Shown one piece after another: positions 9,489 to 18,547 of a DNA stretch of 64,000 nt. The notes beneath the pieces are model-generated. The model was given only the letters and a program-made list of their open reading frames with translations, searched no databases and had not been told where the DNA came from. The DNA is taken from the IMG/VR virus record IMGVR_UViG_2936345690_000002; one strand, 5' to 3'. Within the stretch, counting starts at the first letter, position 1; the number at the start of each line of letters is the position of its first letter. Made by a program: the position numbers and the translations under genes. This DNA comes from a virus (taxonomy: Duplodnaviria; Caudoviricetes).

Positions 9489-10019
9489 ATGTCAGAATGC
9501 AAGGAAGTTGCAAGCGAAGAATGGCGCCCAGTGCTAGGGCACGAAGGGCGGTACGAAGTCTCGAATCGCGGAAACGTCAGAAGCTTGCTTAATCGGTACG
9601 GTAATCCCCGCGTCAAGGTGCTGGCTAAAAACCGATGTGGCAGATACGAACGGGTGACGCTCTGTAAGAACGGAACCAAGGTCACGGCACAGGTGCACCG
9701 CCTGGTGGCGACTGCATTCCTGGAGTTAATCGAGGGAAAGAATTACGTTAACCATATCGACGGGCAACCGTTCAATAATGATCTCGCGAACCTTGAATGG
9801 GTAACCCCAGCCGAAAATATTATTCACGCGGCGGACATTGGCTTAAGGCGAACCGGAGATGACGTCCCGTGGACAAAGCTAAGCGAAGCTGACATTCCAA
9901 GAATCCGGGAGAAACTCGCCCAAGGAGTCTCAATCGGGTCGCTAGCAATAGAGCACGGAGTCGCCACATCAACGATATTCGACATAAAGCGGGGTAAAAG
10001 CTGGAGGCGGGTTGCATAG
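9489..10019 (+). CDS. NUMOD4/HNH homing endonuclease with C-terminal HTH
   Basis: EEWRPV.GHEGRYEVSNRGNVRS (NUMOD4); VHRLVA, VNHIDG..NN.LANLEW (HNH); RBS AAGGAG; low GC. Confidence 0.9.
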   Translation: MSECKEVASEEWRPVLGHEGRYEVSNRGNVRSLLNRYGNPRVKVLAKNRCGRYERVTLCKNGTKVTAQVHRLVATAFLELIEGKNYVNHIDGQPFNNDLANLEWVTPAENIIHAADIGLRRTGDDVPWTKLSEADIPRIREKLAQGVSIGSLAIEHGVATSTIFDIKRGKSWRRVA

Positions 10020-10297
10020 GCCAGAGCTGGCGCATGGCGTAGCCTCCATGAGGATGATGTCCACATGAATAGTACGCAGCGCAACGCGCAAAGCAATAGG
10101 TGCGCTTGGATTTTATCGAGCCCACCCCTTATTCTGCTCCATCCTCACCCCACGGAGCACCATTTGGCTTCCCATCCAGACCATCGCCCCACCCATGATG
10201 GCGAGCATATAGCCGTTGCTCTCCCCATGCCGTTTGGACTCGGAATAGCCGCGACGGGCGATATGGAGGATGTCGCTGGGGATGCCTTGCTCGTAAC

Positions 10298-10387
10298 TCA
10301 CAATGGGAACCGAATGTTGAACATGCAGCGACCCATATCGCACCGGGCACATCCGGTCAGCCAAAGCGTCAGCGTCAGCCAGCGCAC
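10298..10387 (-). CDS. possible tiny lipoprotein at the end of the lysis cassette
   Basis: GTG 1 nt after the upstream TAG; MRWLTLTLWLTGC has lipobox LTGC; only 29 aa. Confidence 0.3.
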   Translation of the reverse strand: MRWLTLTLWLTGCARCDMGRCMFNIRFPL

Positions 10388-10388
10388 A

Positions 10389-10658
10389 CTACTTGTCGTT
10401 CAGAGCCGCAACGGCGGATTCGATGGCCAGGTTGATGGCGTTGTCGATCAGCGGGATGCTCTGGGCCTGGAGGTTAATCACCAGCGCTTTGCGGGCGGCG
10501 TTGTACTTGTCCTTGCCGGAACCGCCCTGTCGCTCGGCGGCGAGCACGGCTTCCTTGGCGGCGGAGATCAGCACTTCACCCCCGGCGCGCGCTAAGAGCT
10601 TCGCTGCGGGTAGGAGGTAGCCGATAAACTTGTTGAATAGGCGTTGGAGTAGGTTCAT
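10389..10658 (-). CDS. LL-H-family holin-like protein
   Basis: AVLAAERQGGSGKDKY...AIESAVAALN; in lysis cassette. Confidence 0.6.
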   Translation of the reverse strand: MNLLQRLFNKFIGYLLPAAKLLARAGGEVLISAAKEAVLAAERQGGSGKDKYNAARKALVINLQAQSIPLIDNAINLAIESAVAALNDK

Positions 10659-10990
10659 TTGGAGTCTCCCTGATTATGATTTTGGTGCCACGGGAAGTCG
10701 CCTTCCTGCCCTGGTGTAATGACCATAGGCGAAGGCTTCCCCACCAGCTTCGGCACGATCTGCTTCTTGATGGGCAGCACGGCTTTCACCCGACCCCACA
10801 TAGCAACGACCCCGACGGCGGCGGAGCCGATGCCGAGGATGAGCTGCAAGCCGTTCTCCACGGTGCCGCGCAGGGCTTCGATATCAATCTCCGCTCCGGT
10901 CGCTGCTGCGTAGATTTGCACCGCGCCAATGATGATGCCGGTCAGCCCAGCCACCATCGTGGCGGAAGTCCACCACGGTTTGCCCGTCAT
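10655..10990 (-). CDS. holin-like membrane protein
   Basis: MTGKPWWTSAT, two hydrophobic segments, then WGR; ATGA overlap with the endolysin. Confidence 0.7.
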   Translation of the reverse strand: MTGKPWWTSATMVAGLTGIIIGAVQIYAAATGAEIDIEALRGTVENGLQLILGIGSAAVGVVAMWGRVKAVLPIKKQIVPKLVGKPSPMVITPGQEGDFPWHQNHNQGDSK

Positions 10991-11499
10991 AAATCCTCCC
11001 TGTTGTTCTCCCACCGCACCGCTTCCGTGAGCACGGTTACATGGCGGTTGTGCCAGCCGTCGCCGTAAGTCGGGTAGTCGGACAGGCGTTTCACGTATTT
11101 CATGCGGAGCTGCGTCATCTTCGCCGCAGCCTTCACGGGGTCGGGGTAAGCCTTCACCGCCGCGATGGTTCGCGGGCCGATAGCCCCGTCCGGGTATGCG
11201 CCCACGGCTTCCTGAAGCCAGCGCACGGGATTCAGCGGGGAGTGGTTGACCACGCAGTCGAAGAGCACTTCCGCCAGCGGCCACGGTAACGCCTCGCAGT
11301 AGAACTTATTCCAGTAATCCTTGCGGTAGAGTTCCTTGGCCTGATCGAGCGTCAGGTTCTTGATATCGATGTGCGGGTATCGGGCTTTGGAGATGCCGTA
11401 TTTCGTCTCGCCGCCGTTGTCGCGGCTGTCGTTTACGTACCCGCCTTCGACGTCGGGGCGCATGAGGATGGCGAATGCCCGGTCGAATTTCGCGGTCAT
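10987..11499 (-). CDS. endolysin, glycoside hydrolase family 108
   Basis: EGGYVND..DNGGETKYGI, YRKDYW, DGAIGPRT, GW.NR. Confidence 0.93.
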   Translation of the reverse strand: MTAKFDRAFAILMRPDVEGGYVNDSRDNGGETKYGISKARYPHIDIKNLTLDQAKELYRKDYWNKFYCEALPWPLAEVLFDCVVNHSPLNPVRWLQEAVGAYPDGAIGPRTIAAVKAYPDPVKAAAKMTQLRMKYVKRLSDYPTYGDGWHNRHVTVLTEAVRWENNREDL

Positions 11500-11762
11500 C
11501 TGTTCCCCTGCCGAAGCAACTGCTTCACGTCGTCCTTGATTTCCTTGATGTATTCCTTCATCTCCCCGAATTTCTCGTTGAGTGTGTTGATGGAACTGCG
11601 ATCCCTCGCCTGCTCAAGCTGCAGCGCCGCAAGGGCCGCCCCGTGCGACTCGATGGTCTTATCCTGTTGCGATATGGCGCGCTTCAAGAGGAACGCGATG
11701 ATGGAGAGGCCGAGCGTGACCCCGAGGATGATGATTTTGAGGTAGGTAGCTTCGTCATTCAT
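11496..11762 (-). CDS. single-TM coiled-coil lysis-associated protein
   Basis: N-terminal TM then coiled coil; ATGA overlap with the endolysin. Confidence 0.65.
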   Translation of the reverse strand: MNDEATYLKIIILGVTLGLSIIAFLLKRAISQQDKTIESHGAALAALQLEQARDRSSINTLNEKFGEMKEYIKEIKDDVKQLLRQGNR

Positions 11763-11850
11763 CACGTCCCCGGTTATCTCAGATTCATATAGACAATTTA
11801 TATTGTGGTTATTATGCACGCCAGGGCCGCTCAGCGCCAGCAATTTCGGC

Positions 11851-12594
11851 CTACGGAGCGCCGAAAACCGCCACGGAAACGCGGGCTGCGTCGGTTAAGC
11901 TGCCGGAGGTGTTGAAGCACCGCGCACGGACGGTTGATGTGGAGGGTTGGGAGCCGGTGCATATCAGCGCCGTGCCATTCCCTTCCGCCGTCACCAGCAC
12001 CGCGCTCGCCGAATCCGCCGTGGCGCTGCTCATGGTCAGGGTATAATCCCCCGCGCCGTTGCGGGTGATGCCGTAGTTGAACCCGACCGCCCGGTGCATG
12101 ACCGGGCTGGAGGAGGGGACGAAATTCGCCACCGCATGCGCCACCGTCATCGGCCTGCCGTATTTCAGGGCGTAGCCGTCCGGCGTGTACAGCACGTCAT
12201 TGGCCGTGCCGGGAGCGTCGGGCAAGATGACAGGGAAGGTCGCGTCGATGCTCTCGGGAACCCGCAGCTCCACCGATTCCATGCCGTTGGTTTCGTTCTC
12301 GTAGAGCCGAAGGCGCGCGGCGGAATCATGGGTGGCGTGGAAGCCGAAGAACCAGTTTCCTTTTCCCCGGAACGAAAGGCTGTAATTATCACCCTGTCCT
12401 AATGCGTAAAATTCCGCGTTCTGGTTGCCTGCCGTGTTGCCCGGCCAATAACCGACGCCGTTGCCGCCGGTTCCCGATGGGTTGGAGCCGAAGGTGATGG
12501 CGGGTACGGAGTCATCGTCGTAGAGGACGGTGGGGCTGGCGCTGGCGGCGAAGGATGCGGACAGGATGGCGGCGGAAAGGAGGCTGGCGTTCAT
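11851..12594 (-). CDS. tail-fibre-like protein with signal-peptide-like N-terminus
   Basis: MNASLLSAAILSASFAASA; C-terminal domain (ITRNGAGDYTLT) paralogous to the upstream fibre. Confidence 0.6.
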   Translation of the reverse strand: MNASLLSAAILSASFAASASPTVLYDDDSVPAITFGSNPSGTGGNGVGYWPGNTAGNQNAEFYALGQGDNYSLSFRGKGNWFFGFHATHDSAARLRLYENETNGMESVELRVPESIDATFPVILPDAPGTANDVLYTPDGYALKYGRPMTVAHAVANFVPSSSPVMHRAVGFNYGITRNGAGDYTLTMSSATADSASAVLVTAEGNGTALICTGSQPSTSTVRARCFNTSGSLTDAARVSVAVFGAP

Positions 12595-13280
12595 TAGAAA
12601 TCTCCGTAGACGATGAGCGAGGCGCGGGTGGGATCGGCCAGCGTAGAGGCCGTATCCGCGTCGTGGAAGCGCACGCGGAAAACCGTGGTGGATGTCTGCG
12701 TGGGCACGGCGACCAGCCCGAATGTGTCGGAGCTGGCAAAGACCGCGCAGGCGGTGTCGCTGGTGCCCTCGGTGAGCGTGATGTTGTAATCTCCCGCGCC
12801 TGTGCGCGAGATCGAGGCGACGTTGTGGCTGCGCTGGATGACGGGCGGGTTGCTTGGCGTGAAATTGATCCACGCCTTCGCCACGCCGGGGTGGTATTTC
12901 ATCCGTCCCGGGCTGGCGAGCTTTGTCGTGCTGCTGGCCGCTTCCAGCTCGTTCTGGCTGGCGGCCTGGCCTAAGACGAACGCCGTGGTGGCCACCTGCG
13001 TGGTGTTGGTGTCCGCCGAAGCGGTCGGTGCGGTCGCGTAGAACACATTGGCGCTGGTGTCGAACTCGCCCAGCGCGATGTCGTCCGATCCGTCATAGAG
13101 ATACAGCGTCCAGCGGGAGGAGCTGGGGCTGTTGTCATCCAGCCAGAGCTGCCCGGCGGAGATGGTGGAAGGGCGGGTGGAGCCTTTGCTGGTGGTGGCG
13201 AGCGCCGCCAGTGCGCTGTTCAGGTCGGCGCGGAACGTCGCGCCGTCTGCGTTGGCGAGAATCATATCATGTTGGGACAT
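12594..13280 (-). CDS. tail fibre protein
   Basis: MSQHDMILAN.DGATFRADLNSALAAL N-terminus; NTTQVATTAFV fibre motif; AKAWINF/RTGAGDY C-domain. Confidence 0.75.
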   Translation of the reverse strand: MSQHDMILANADGATFRADLNSALAALATTSKGSTRPSTISAGQLWLDDNSPSSSRWTLYLYDGSDDIALGEFDTSANVFYATAPTASADTNTTQVATTAFVLGQAASQNELEAASSTTKLASPGRMKYHPGVAKAWINFTPSNPPVIQRSHNVASISRTGAGDYNITLTEGTSDTACAVFASSDTFGLVAVPTQTSTTVFRVRFHDADTASTLADPTRASLIVYGDF

Positions 13281-16200
13281 TAAGTTACCTCGTCTGCGTG
13301 TACGGAAAGGGAAGTGACGGAAATGTTGTAGGTCGGGTCGTCCACCGCCATCTCCAGCATGAACTGGAAGGCGCGGGTGAAAAACTCCCCGGAGTCGAGC
13401 CGCTGCCATGCACCCCAGGTGGGGGTACCGGCGGGGTTGTCGTCGGTCTGGCGCACATAGATGCGGGCATCCCCCGCTGCGGCGTCGGTGCCGTCGAAGG
13501 AAGCCCAGTTGTCGATGGAGTCGGAGCGCGAGTCGATCTGGTCGTAGATTTGCGTGATGGCTGCAACCACCTCGCCGGTCAGGCGAACCGCTTTCACGCT
13601 GCCCAAATCCATCGCACCGGAGAACAAATAGGTGCCGGTGACGCTGGTGCCGCCGTAGGCGTCAAGGTCTGCCACCGCGTCGAAATCCGGGATGGAGTCG
13701 AACTCTCCCGCGCCGGTGAGCTTGAGTGCCCCGCTGTCCACGATGACGCCTGTTTTCGTGCCGGAGAAGGTCGGGTCTTCGGTCAGCGTGGTCAGATTGG
13801 CGAAGGTGAGCGCGGTGGCCTGGTCGGCGGTGACGCTGGCGTAAGCAGCGGACTCGATGCCGGAGGAATCCACCGCCTTGAGCAGGTAGACGCCCGGCTT
13901 GAGCGGCACCGCCCAGCAGGCGGCAGCACCGGGGGCGGGGTTGCCGATGGATATTGTCTGGTTCCACGTCGCGCCCGTGTCCGAGGAATGGCGGATGACG
14001 ATTTTGCCGCCGATCCGCACGTCCACGTCGGGCGTTTGATCCCAGTAGAGGTACGCCATGCCCCCGATGGTGGCGATGGTGAGGTTCTGCGGCTCCTGCG
14101 GCGCGTCCAGCAGGCCGGAAATCTGCCGCGAAGAGGTCGAGTAATCCGACGACACGCCGAGCTGGTTGAGCGCCTTGACGCGGAAATCGTACTCGCCCGG
14201 CTGGATGTCCTCGATGGTGGCGGTCACGCCCTTGGTGGCGGAGAGCTGCCGCCAGATCACTTCGGGTTTGAGCTTGTATTCCGGCTGGTATTCCCGCAGG
14301 AACCCGTCGGGCGAAGCGCCCCAATCCATGATGGCGCGCACTTTTACCCCGTCGCCGGTGCGGGTGATGTACTTCTCTTCAGTGATGGTGACGGCTCCGG
14401 GAGGCTGGACGGTGAAGACGGAAGGCAGCGTGGTGTCCGGTGCCGCGTCCACGATATGCGCCTCGGCGAAGTTCCAGCTGTAGGAGGCGGAGGATTCCTC
14501 CTGAAGCTCCAGCAGGATCGGCCCCGGCACGCCCATACTCCATTTGAGGATGCGGAACGGCTTGGCAGTCCAGCCGAGCTGCGCGTTGGTCAGCGTCACC
14601 ACGTCATAGACGGCGTGTTTCAAAGCGGAATGGTTGACCGGGATCGTCACCCGGATGCCCTGCCTGCCCTTCTCCTGGATGATCTTGGCGATGCGCTGGG
14701 CGGCTTCCGCGTTGGTGGTAAAGGGAAGCTCGATGTCCCGGAAGATGCGCTCGCCCCCGTCCTGTGCCTCATAGGTGGCGTTGGTCATGGCCGGGAAATC
14801 GGTCGGCTGCCATTGCTTGTTCGGATCGACGTAAGTGCCTTTCACCGCGTTGAACAGCTCCTTGCGGGAGGGGCGGGCGTCCATCTGCACGTCACCGGCG
14901 AGCATGTCCAGCCCGATCTCGCCCGAGGGTGAGTCATAGGCGGCGGCGTGGATGCGGAACTGGCCTTGGACATAGGTCACCGCCCCGGCACCTGCGGTCA
15001 GGAGGGAGGAGAGGTTTTCCAGCGGGGCGGTCGCGGTATCCACCACGCCGTTGCAGGTGTAGCGGGCTTGCGTGCCCCCGGCATAAAGGTTCACCGGCTC
15101 ATCCGCGATGTTGGCGGCGGCGATGAAGTAGCTGTCGTTGATCTCGTCGGGCTGGCAGTTAAAGCCGTAATCGGCATAGAGGTAATCACGCACGCACAGC
15201 GCCCAGTTGTCGCTCCACGAAGTCACGCCGGTGCGCGGGTCGTAGAGCTTCTTCCCCTTTACCAGGAAGCTGACGTTCGGGATGCCGGTGGGGAATACAT
15301 CGGCGTTGAACTCGAACCGAAGATAGGCGTAGGCGATGCCCTGCAAGCGGTGATCCGCCGTCCATTCCGGGGCTTCGGCCATGAGGTAGGTGTCAGCGGT
15401 CTGATTGGCGGCTCCGTTATGCTTGCTCACCCGCACATAGCTCTGGGTCTGGGTGGAGGCGGTGGCGACGCTGATATTGCCGCCCGTGGCCGATGCGTCG
15501 GCGGCATAGGCCGCGTTGCTGACGCTGCACACGATGCTGGTAGGGCTGCTGACCGTGCTGACGACGAATCTCCCCGCGAAGCTGCGGTCGCTCAAGTCCT
15601 TGAGTTCAATCGACTGGCCGACGGAAAGCCCGTGCGCGGCACTGGTGGTGATGGACAGCGTGAGCGTGCTGTTGCGGGTGGTGTAGGTGCGCGTGGCCGA
15701 GGCGACGGCGATGATCCGCGTGTCGGTCTTCTCCACCTGCTTCGCATACGGGGAAGATGTCACCCAGTCCCCGCCCACCGTGACCGGCGCATCGTTCAGG
15801 TAAAGCGTGCCGATTTCCTCGACCTCATGCCCGGCCAGGGGCAAGACCATGTGGAGGAATTTGTTGTCGCCGGTCACGGTGGCACCGGTGGAATCCGGGC
15901 CGGAGCTGGTGGTGGTGATGAACACAATCGGGCCGGAAACGCGCGCCTGCCCATAGATGATCTTATGGCTCTCGACGCTGGAGCGGATCATGGACACACG
16001 GCCTGCGGCGTCCGCCTGGAAGTTCTGGCCTTTGGGCTTTTTGGCTAGAGCCTTGCTACCGAGGAAATTAATGCCGGTGGCGACGACCGCCCCAGCGATG
16101 GAGCCGAGGAACGCCGTGGAGAGGCCAAGCCCGGCGAATGCGCCACCAGCAAGGAGGAATGCCGGGGTAGCGGCAACACTCGCGGAAACGGCGGCTCCGG

Positions 16201-16288
16201 CCACGGCGGCGGTCAGGGTGACGGGGTCGGCAAAGGCCGGGGCGGTCAGTGCGGAGGTGACCAGTAGGGCGGCGAGAAGACGCTTCAT
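13280..16288 (-). CDS. central tail-tip / host-specificity protein (lambda J-like, with FN3 domains)
   Basis: IIYGQARVSG, HRLQGIAY, GKKLYDPR, SDNWALC, YDFRVKALN; ATGA overlap. Confidence 0.88.
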   Translation of the reverse strand: MKRLLAALLVTSALTAPAFADPVTLTAAVAGAAVSASVAATPAFLLAGGAFAGLGLSTAFLGSIAGAVVATGINFLGSKALAKKPKGQNFQADAAGRVSMIRSSVESHKIIYGQARVSGPIVFITTTSSGPDSTGATVTGDNKFLHMVLPLAGHEVEEIGTLYLNDAPVTVGGDWVTSSPYAKQVEKTDTRIIAVASATRTYTTRNSTLTLSITTSAAHGLSVGQSIELKDLSDRSFAGRFVVSTVSSPTSIVCSVSNAAYAADASATGGNISVATASTQTQSYVRVSKHNGAANQTADTYLMAEAPEWTADHRLQGIAYAYLRFEFNADVFPTGIPNVSFLVKGKKLYDPRTGVTSWSDNWALCVRDYLYADYGFNCQPDEINDSYFIAAANIADEPVNLYAGGTQARYTCNGVVDTATAPLENLSSLLTAGAGAVTYVQGQFRIHAAAYDSPSGEIGLDMLAGDVQMDARPSRKELFNAVKGTYVDPNKQWQPTDFPAMTNATYEAQDGGERIFRDIELPFTTNAEAAQRIAKIIQEKGRQGIRVTIPVNHSALKHAVYDVVTLTNAQLGWTAKPFRILKWSMGVPGPILLELQEESSASYSWNFAEAHIVDAAPDTTLPSVFTVQPPGAVTITEEKYITRTGDGVKVRAIMDWGASPDGFLREYQPEYKLKPEVIWRQLSATKGVTATIEDIQPGEYDFRVKALNQLGVSSDYSTSSRQISGLLDAPQEPQNLTIATIGGMAYLYWDQTPDVDVRIGGKIVIRHSSDTGATWNQTISIGNPAPGAAACWAVPLKPGVYLLKAVDSSGIESAAYASVTADQATALTFANLTTLTEDPTFSGTKTGVIVDSGALKLTGAGEFDSIPDFDAVADLDAYGGTSVTGTYLFSGAMDLGSVKAVRLTGEVVAAITQIYDQIDSRSDSIDNWASFDGTDAAAGDARIYVRQTDDNPAGTPTWGAWQRLDSGEFFTRAFQFMLEMAVDDPTYNISVTSLSVHADEVT

Positions 16289-16686
16289 ACGCCCCACGCC
16301 TTGAGGCAGGCGAGCGTTTCCTCGACGCACAAGCCCTGAGGCGTGACGAAATGCGAGAACAGACCGTTGCAGATGCCGAGCGCGCCTTGCGGGTGCAGCA
16401 CCAGGTCGCCGCGCATGGCGACCGTCACGGGCTTTTCTTCCAGATGATGGTCGGCGATGTCTTCGACGGTTTCAAATCCCCGGTCGATCATGGCGCGGCG
16501 TGCGCCGAACTCGGTGGCGTAATCGCCCTTCCAGCGGCTGACGTGATCCGACCCGGTGGCGAGCAGCACCCAGGTGGCGGCATAGAGCGCGCAGTCGTGG
16601 CTGCCCCACGCAAACGGCTTGCTGGCGGAGGCGTGCAGGTACTCGCCCAGCAGCGATTCCCAGCCCGGCTTGCGGTTACCCTGCAT
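16285..16686 (-). CDS. NlpC/P60-like tail assembly protein
   Basis: PFAWGSHDCALYAA, RGDLV; position before J. Confidence 0.8.
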   Translation of the reverse strand: MQGNRKPGWESLLGEYLHASASKPFAWGSHDCALYAATWVLLATGSDHVSRWKGDYATEFGARRAMIDRGFETVEDIADHHLEEKPVTVAMRGDLVLHPQGALGICNGLFSHFVTPQGLCVEETLACLKAWGV

Positions 16687-17245
16687 AGCGCTGCCCCCAC
16701 ACGATTTGTTTTTCAGTAGCTTGCTCGACGAACTCACAACCACGGTCACCGGGGTATCGGGACTGCTGGTCGGCGTGGTTATAGCGGCGTGTCAACGGCC
16801 GATCCCACGCGGCGAAGCGGCTCTCCACGGTCACGGTCACGGCGCAGGTTTCTCCCTGCGCGACGGACGCGGTGTCCATCCTGCCGCGGTAGATGATGAT
16901 GGGGTCGGCGGTGAGTAGCCGGGTGGTCTGGTTCAGGTAGCCGAGATAGAGGGTTGCCGTGCGCCCCTGGTAATACTCATTGAGGATGATGCTGATGATG
17001 TCGTTCGGCAGCCCGCGCAGCGTGAGCTTGAGCGTGGAGCGGGTCAGCTCCGCGTCTTCCTCCACGGTGTCGATGCCGCCGATTGCCCCGGCTCCGGTGT
17101 AGGATTCGCCGTCAAAGTTGATGGTGCCGAGCGAGGTATGCAGGCGGATGTCGCCGCTGTCGAATTCGAGCTTGACGAACCACACTGGCAGGATGACATC
17201 GGCTTCGGATGCGGTCTGCGTGGCGGCGTCGATCTGGCGGGTCAT
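16676..17245 (-). CDS. minor tail / hub protein
   Basis: YTGAG.IG.I, RYNHADQQSRYPGDRGCEFV, IVWG; position in tail-tip module. Confidence 0.8.
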   Translation of the reverse strand: MTRQIDAATQTASEADVILPVWFVKLEFDSGDIRLHTSLGTINFDGESYTGAGAIGGIDTVEEDAELTRSTLKLTLRGLPNDIISIILNEYYQGRTATLYLGYLNQTTRLLTADPIIIYRGRMDTASVAQGETCAVTVTVESRFAAWDRPLTRRYNHADQQSRYPGDRGCEFVEQATEKQIVWGQRYAG

Positions 17246-17420
17246 GCGATAATATGCTTGCTGTTTATAGGGTTAGTGCTATGGTCGGCAGGTGGCTGCG
17301 GCGGCATTGACGGAAACGTTAGCTGTGTGTTGCCAGATGGGCTAGAGCAACGGGGACATCTGTAGCCATTCAATCTCCGGCTCCAAATCCGACGCAGCCA
17401 CACAACCGCAGGGAGGCGAT

Positions 17421-17612
17421 ATGGCCAAGGGATACACCGACACGCTCCAGTTCGCCTTCAAGCTGCTTCGAGTGCGCTGGTTGAGGTTTGTTCGCACCGT
17501 GCTCATGGAAACCGGACTCTATCGGCTCAGATCAATCGGTCAGATTCCCGCGTTAATCGGGTTGATCGCCATTATGCTGCTCCTCATCCTGCATGAGATG
17601 AGGATTCTTTAG
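17421..17612 (+). CDS. antisense moron, small membrane protein
   Basis: RBS GGAGG; C-terminal hydrophobic helix; lower GC; inserted between tail-tip genes. Confidence 0.55.
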   Translation: MAKGYTDTLQFAFKLLRVRWLRFVRTVLMETGLYRLRSIGQIPALIGLIAIMLLLILHEMRIL

Positions 17613-18217
17613 AACACCTCCATCGCGCTAAACGTCTTTTCCTCGTACACGCCCATCACATCCGCATCCCACATCCCCTGCCGGTCATCCACGAGGATCA
17701 TCGTGCAAGTGGGGTTGGTGAAGTTCACCGCGCTGTTGTCGGTTGGGCTCCCCCGCCATGCTGGCATGAAGTTGAGGGTTGCCTGCCCCGAGCCGTTGGT
17801 GTTCACGTCGGCGGTGAGCTGCTTGAGTTCGCCGTTGGCCGAAAAATAATCCCCCGCCCTCGCCCATCCGGTGACATTGGCCGTGCAGCCGTCAATGGCG
17901 AGCGTGGTGCCGCTCTGGAAGCTGCCGTTGACCAGGGGAGTCCCGCCCTGCAATCCCTTGGAGCCTTTGCGGTCGGGGTCGTAGGCGTAGAAGGATTCGC
18001 CCATGCCCTGGCATTTGAGGAAGAAGGCGATCCAGTTGCGTGCAAGCTGGTCGTCCTTCCGCATCCGGCGGATGGTGGCGGTCATGATCCAGCGTGAGCC
18101 GGCCAGTATCGCGCGCTGGGTGTTGCGCGTGAGCGGGCTTGTGTACGTTTGCGTATTGGTTTCCAGCCCGAAGTTGCACCGGACGAGGCCAAGCTTGGGG
18201 GGTAGGCTGATCGGCAT
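17609..18217 (-). CDS. distal tail protein
   Basis: first co-oriented gene after the tape measure; TSPLT..TQ, G.RW motifs. Confidence 0.75.
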   Translation of the reverse strand: MPISLPPKLGLVRCNFGLETNTQTYTSPLTRNTQRAILAGSRWIMTATIRRMRKDDQLARNWIAFFLKCQGMGESFYAYDPDRKGSKGLQGGTPLVNGSFQSGTTLAIDGCTANVTGWARAGDYFSANGELKQLTADVNTNGSGQATLNFMPAWRGSPTDNSAVNFTNPTCTMILVDDRQGMWDADVMGVYEEKTFSAMEVF

Positions 18218-18225
18218 AATATCCG

Positions 18226-18254
18226 TTGACGTTAATAATTGTTAATGCTATGGC
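18226..18254 (+). promoter_or_regulatory. sigma70-like promoter for the moron
   Basis: TTGACG-17bp-TATGGC in an AT-rich gap. Confidence 0.5.
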
Positions 18255-18280
18255 TGCTCCCGTTAACCAATGGGGGCACT

Positions 18281-18547
18281 ATGGCGAAATCGATCTGCAA
18301 ACAATGCGGCTCCACCTTGATGCGGTGGGCCGCCAATTCCTTCAACGGCTGGGTCTTCGTCTGGTGGATCGCCGCCTTCGTGGCGCTCACCCTCCAGTTG
18401 GAGGCGCTGCTGTACTGCTGTCTGTTCGCCGCCACGCTCAAGACGCTGCACGGCCTGCTGAACTGGGAGCGCCAGTGCAAGACATGCGGGTCGGACGATG
18501 TGATCCCGGCGGATTCGCCCGTGGGCAGGCGGCTGCTGGCCGATTAG
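18281..18547 (+). CDS. antisense moron, membrane protein with split Zn ribbon
   Basis: CKQCG...two TM segments...CKTCG. Confidence 0.65.
   Translation: MAKSICKQCGSTLMRWAANSFNGWVFVWWIAAFVALTLQLEALLYCCLFAATLKTLHGLLNWERQCKTCGSDDVIPADSPVGRRLLAD

Noticed and set aside
12923-14932. Long antisense ORFs (669 aa here; also 31710-33404, 36775-38157, 42728-43825)
   Set aside because: Shadow frames of real genes in high-GC DNA, with no motifs or RBS.
7988-18250. Similar GTTGACG..TTAAT..GTTAATG motifs at 7988 and 18225 as CtrA sites
   Set aside because: The TTAA spacings are 3 and 6, not the TTAA-N7-TTAA consensus; probably -35 boxes in AT-rich DNA.
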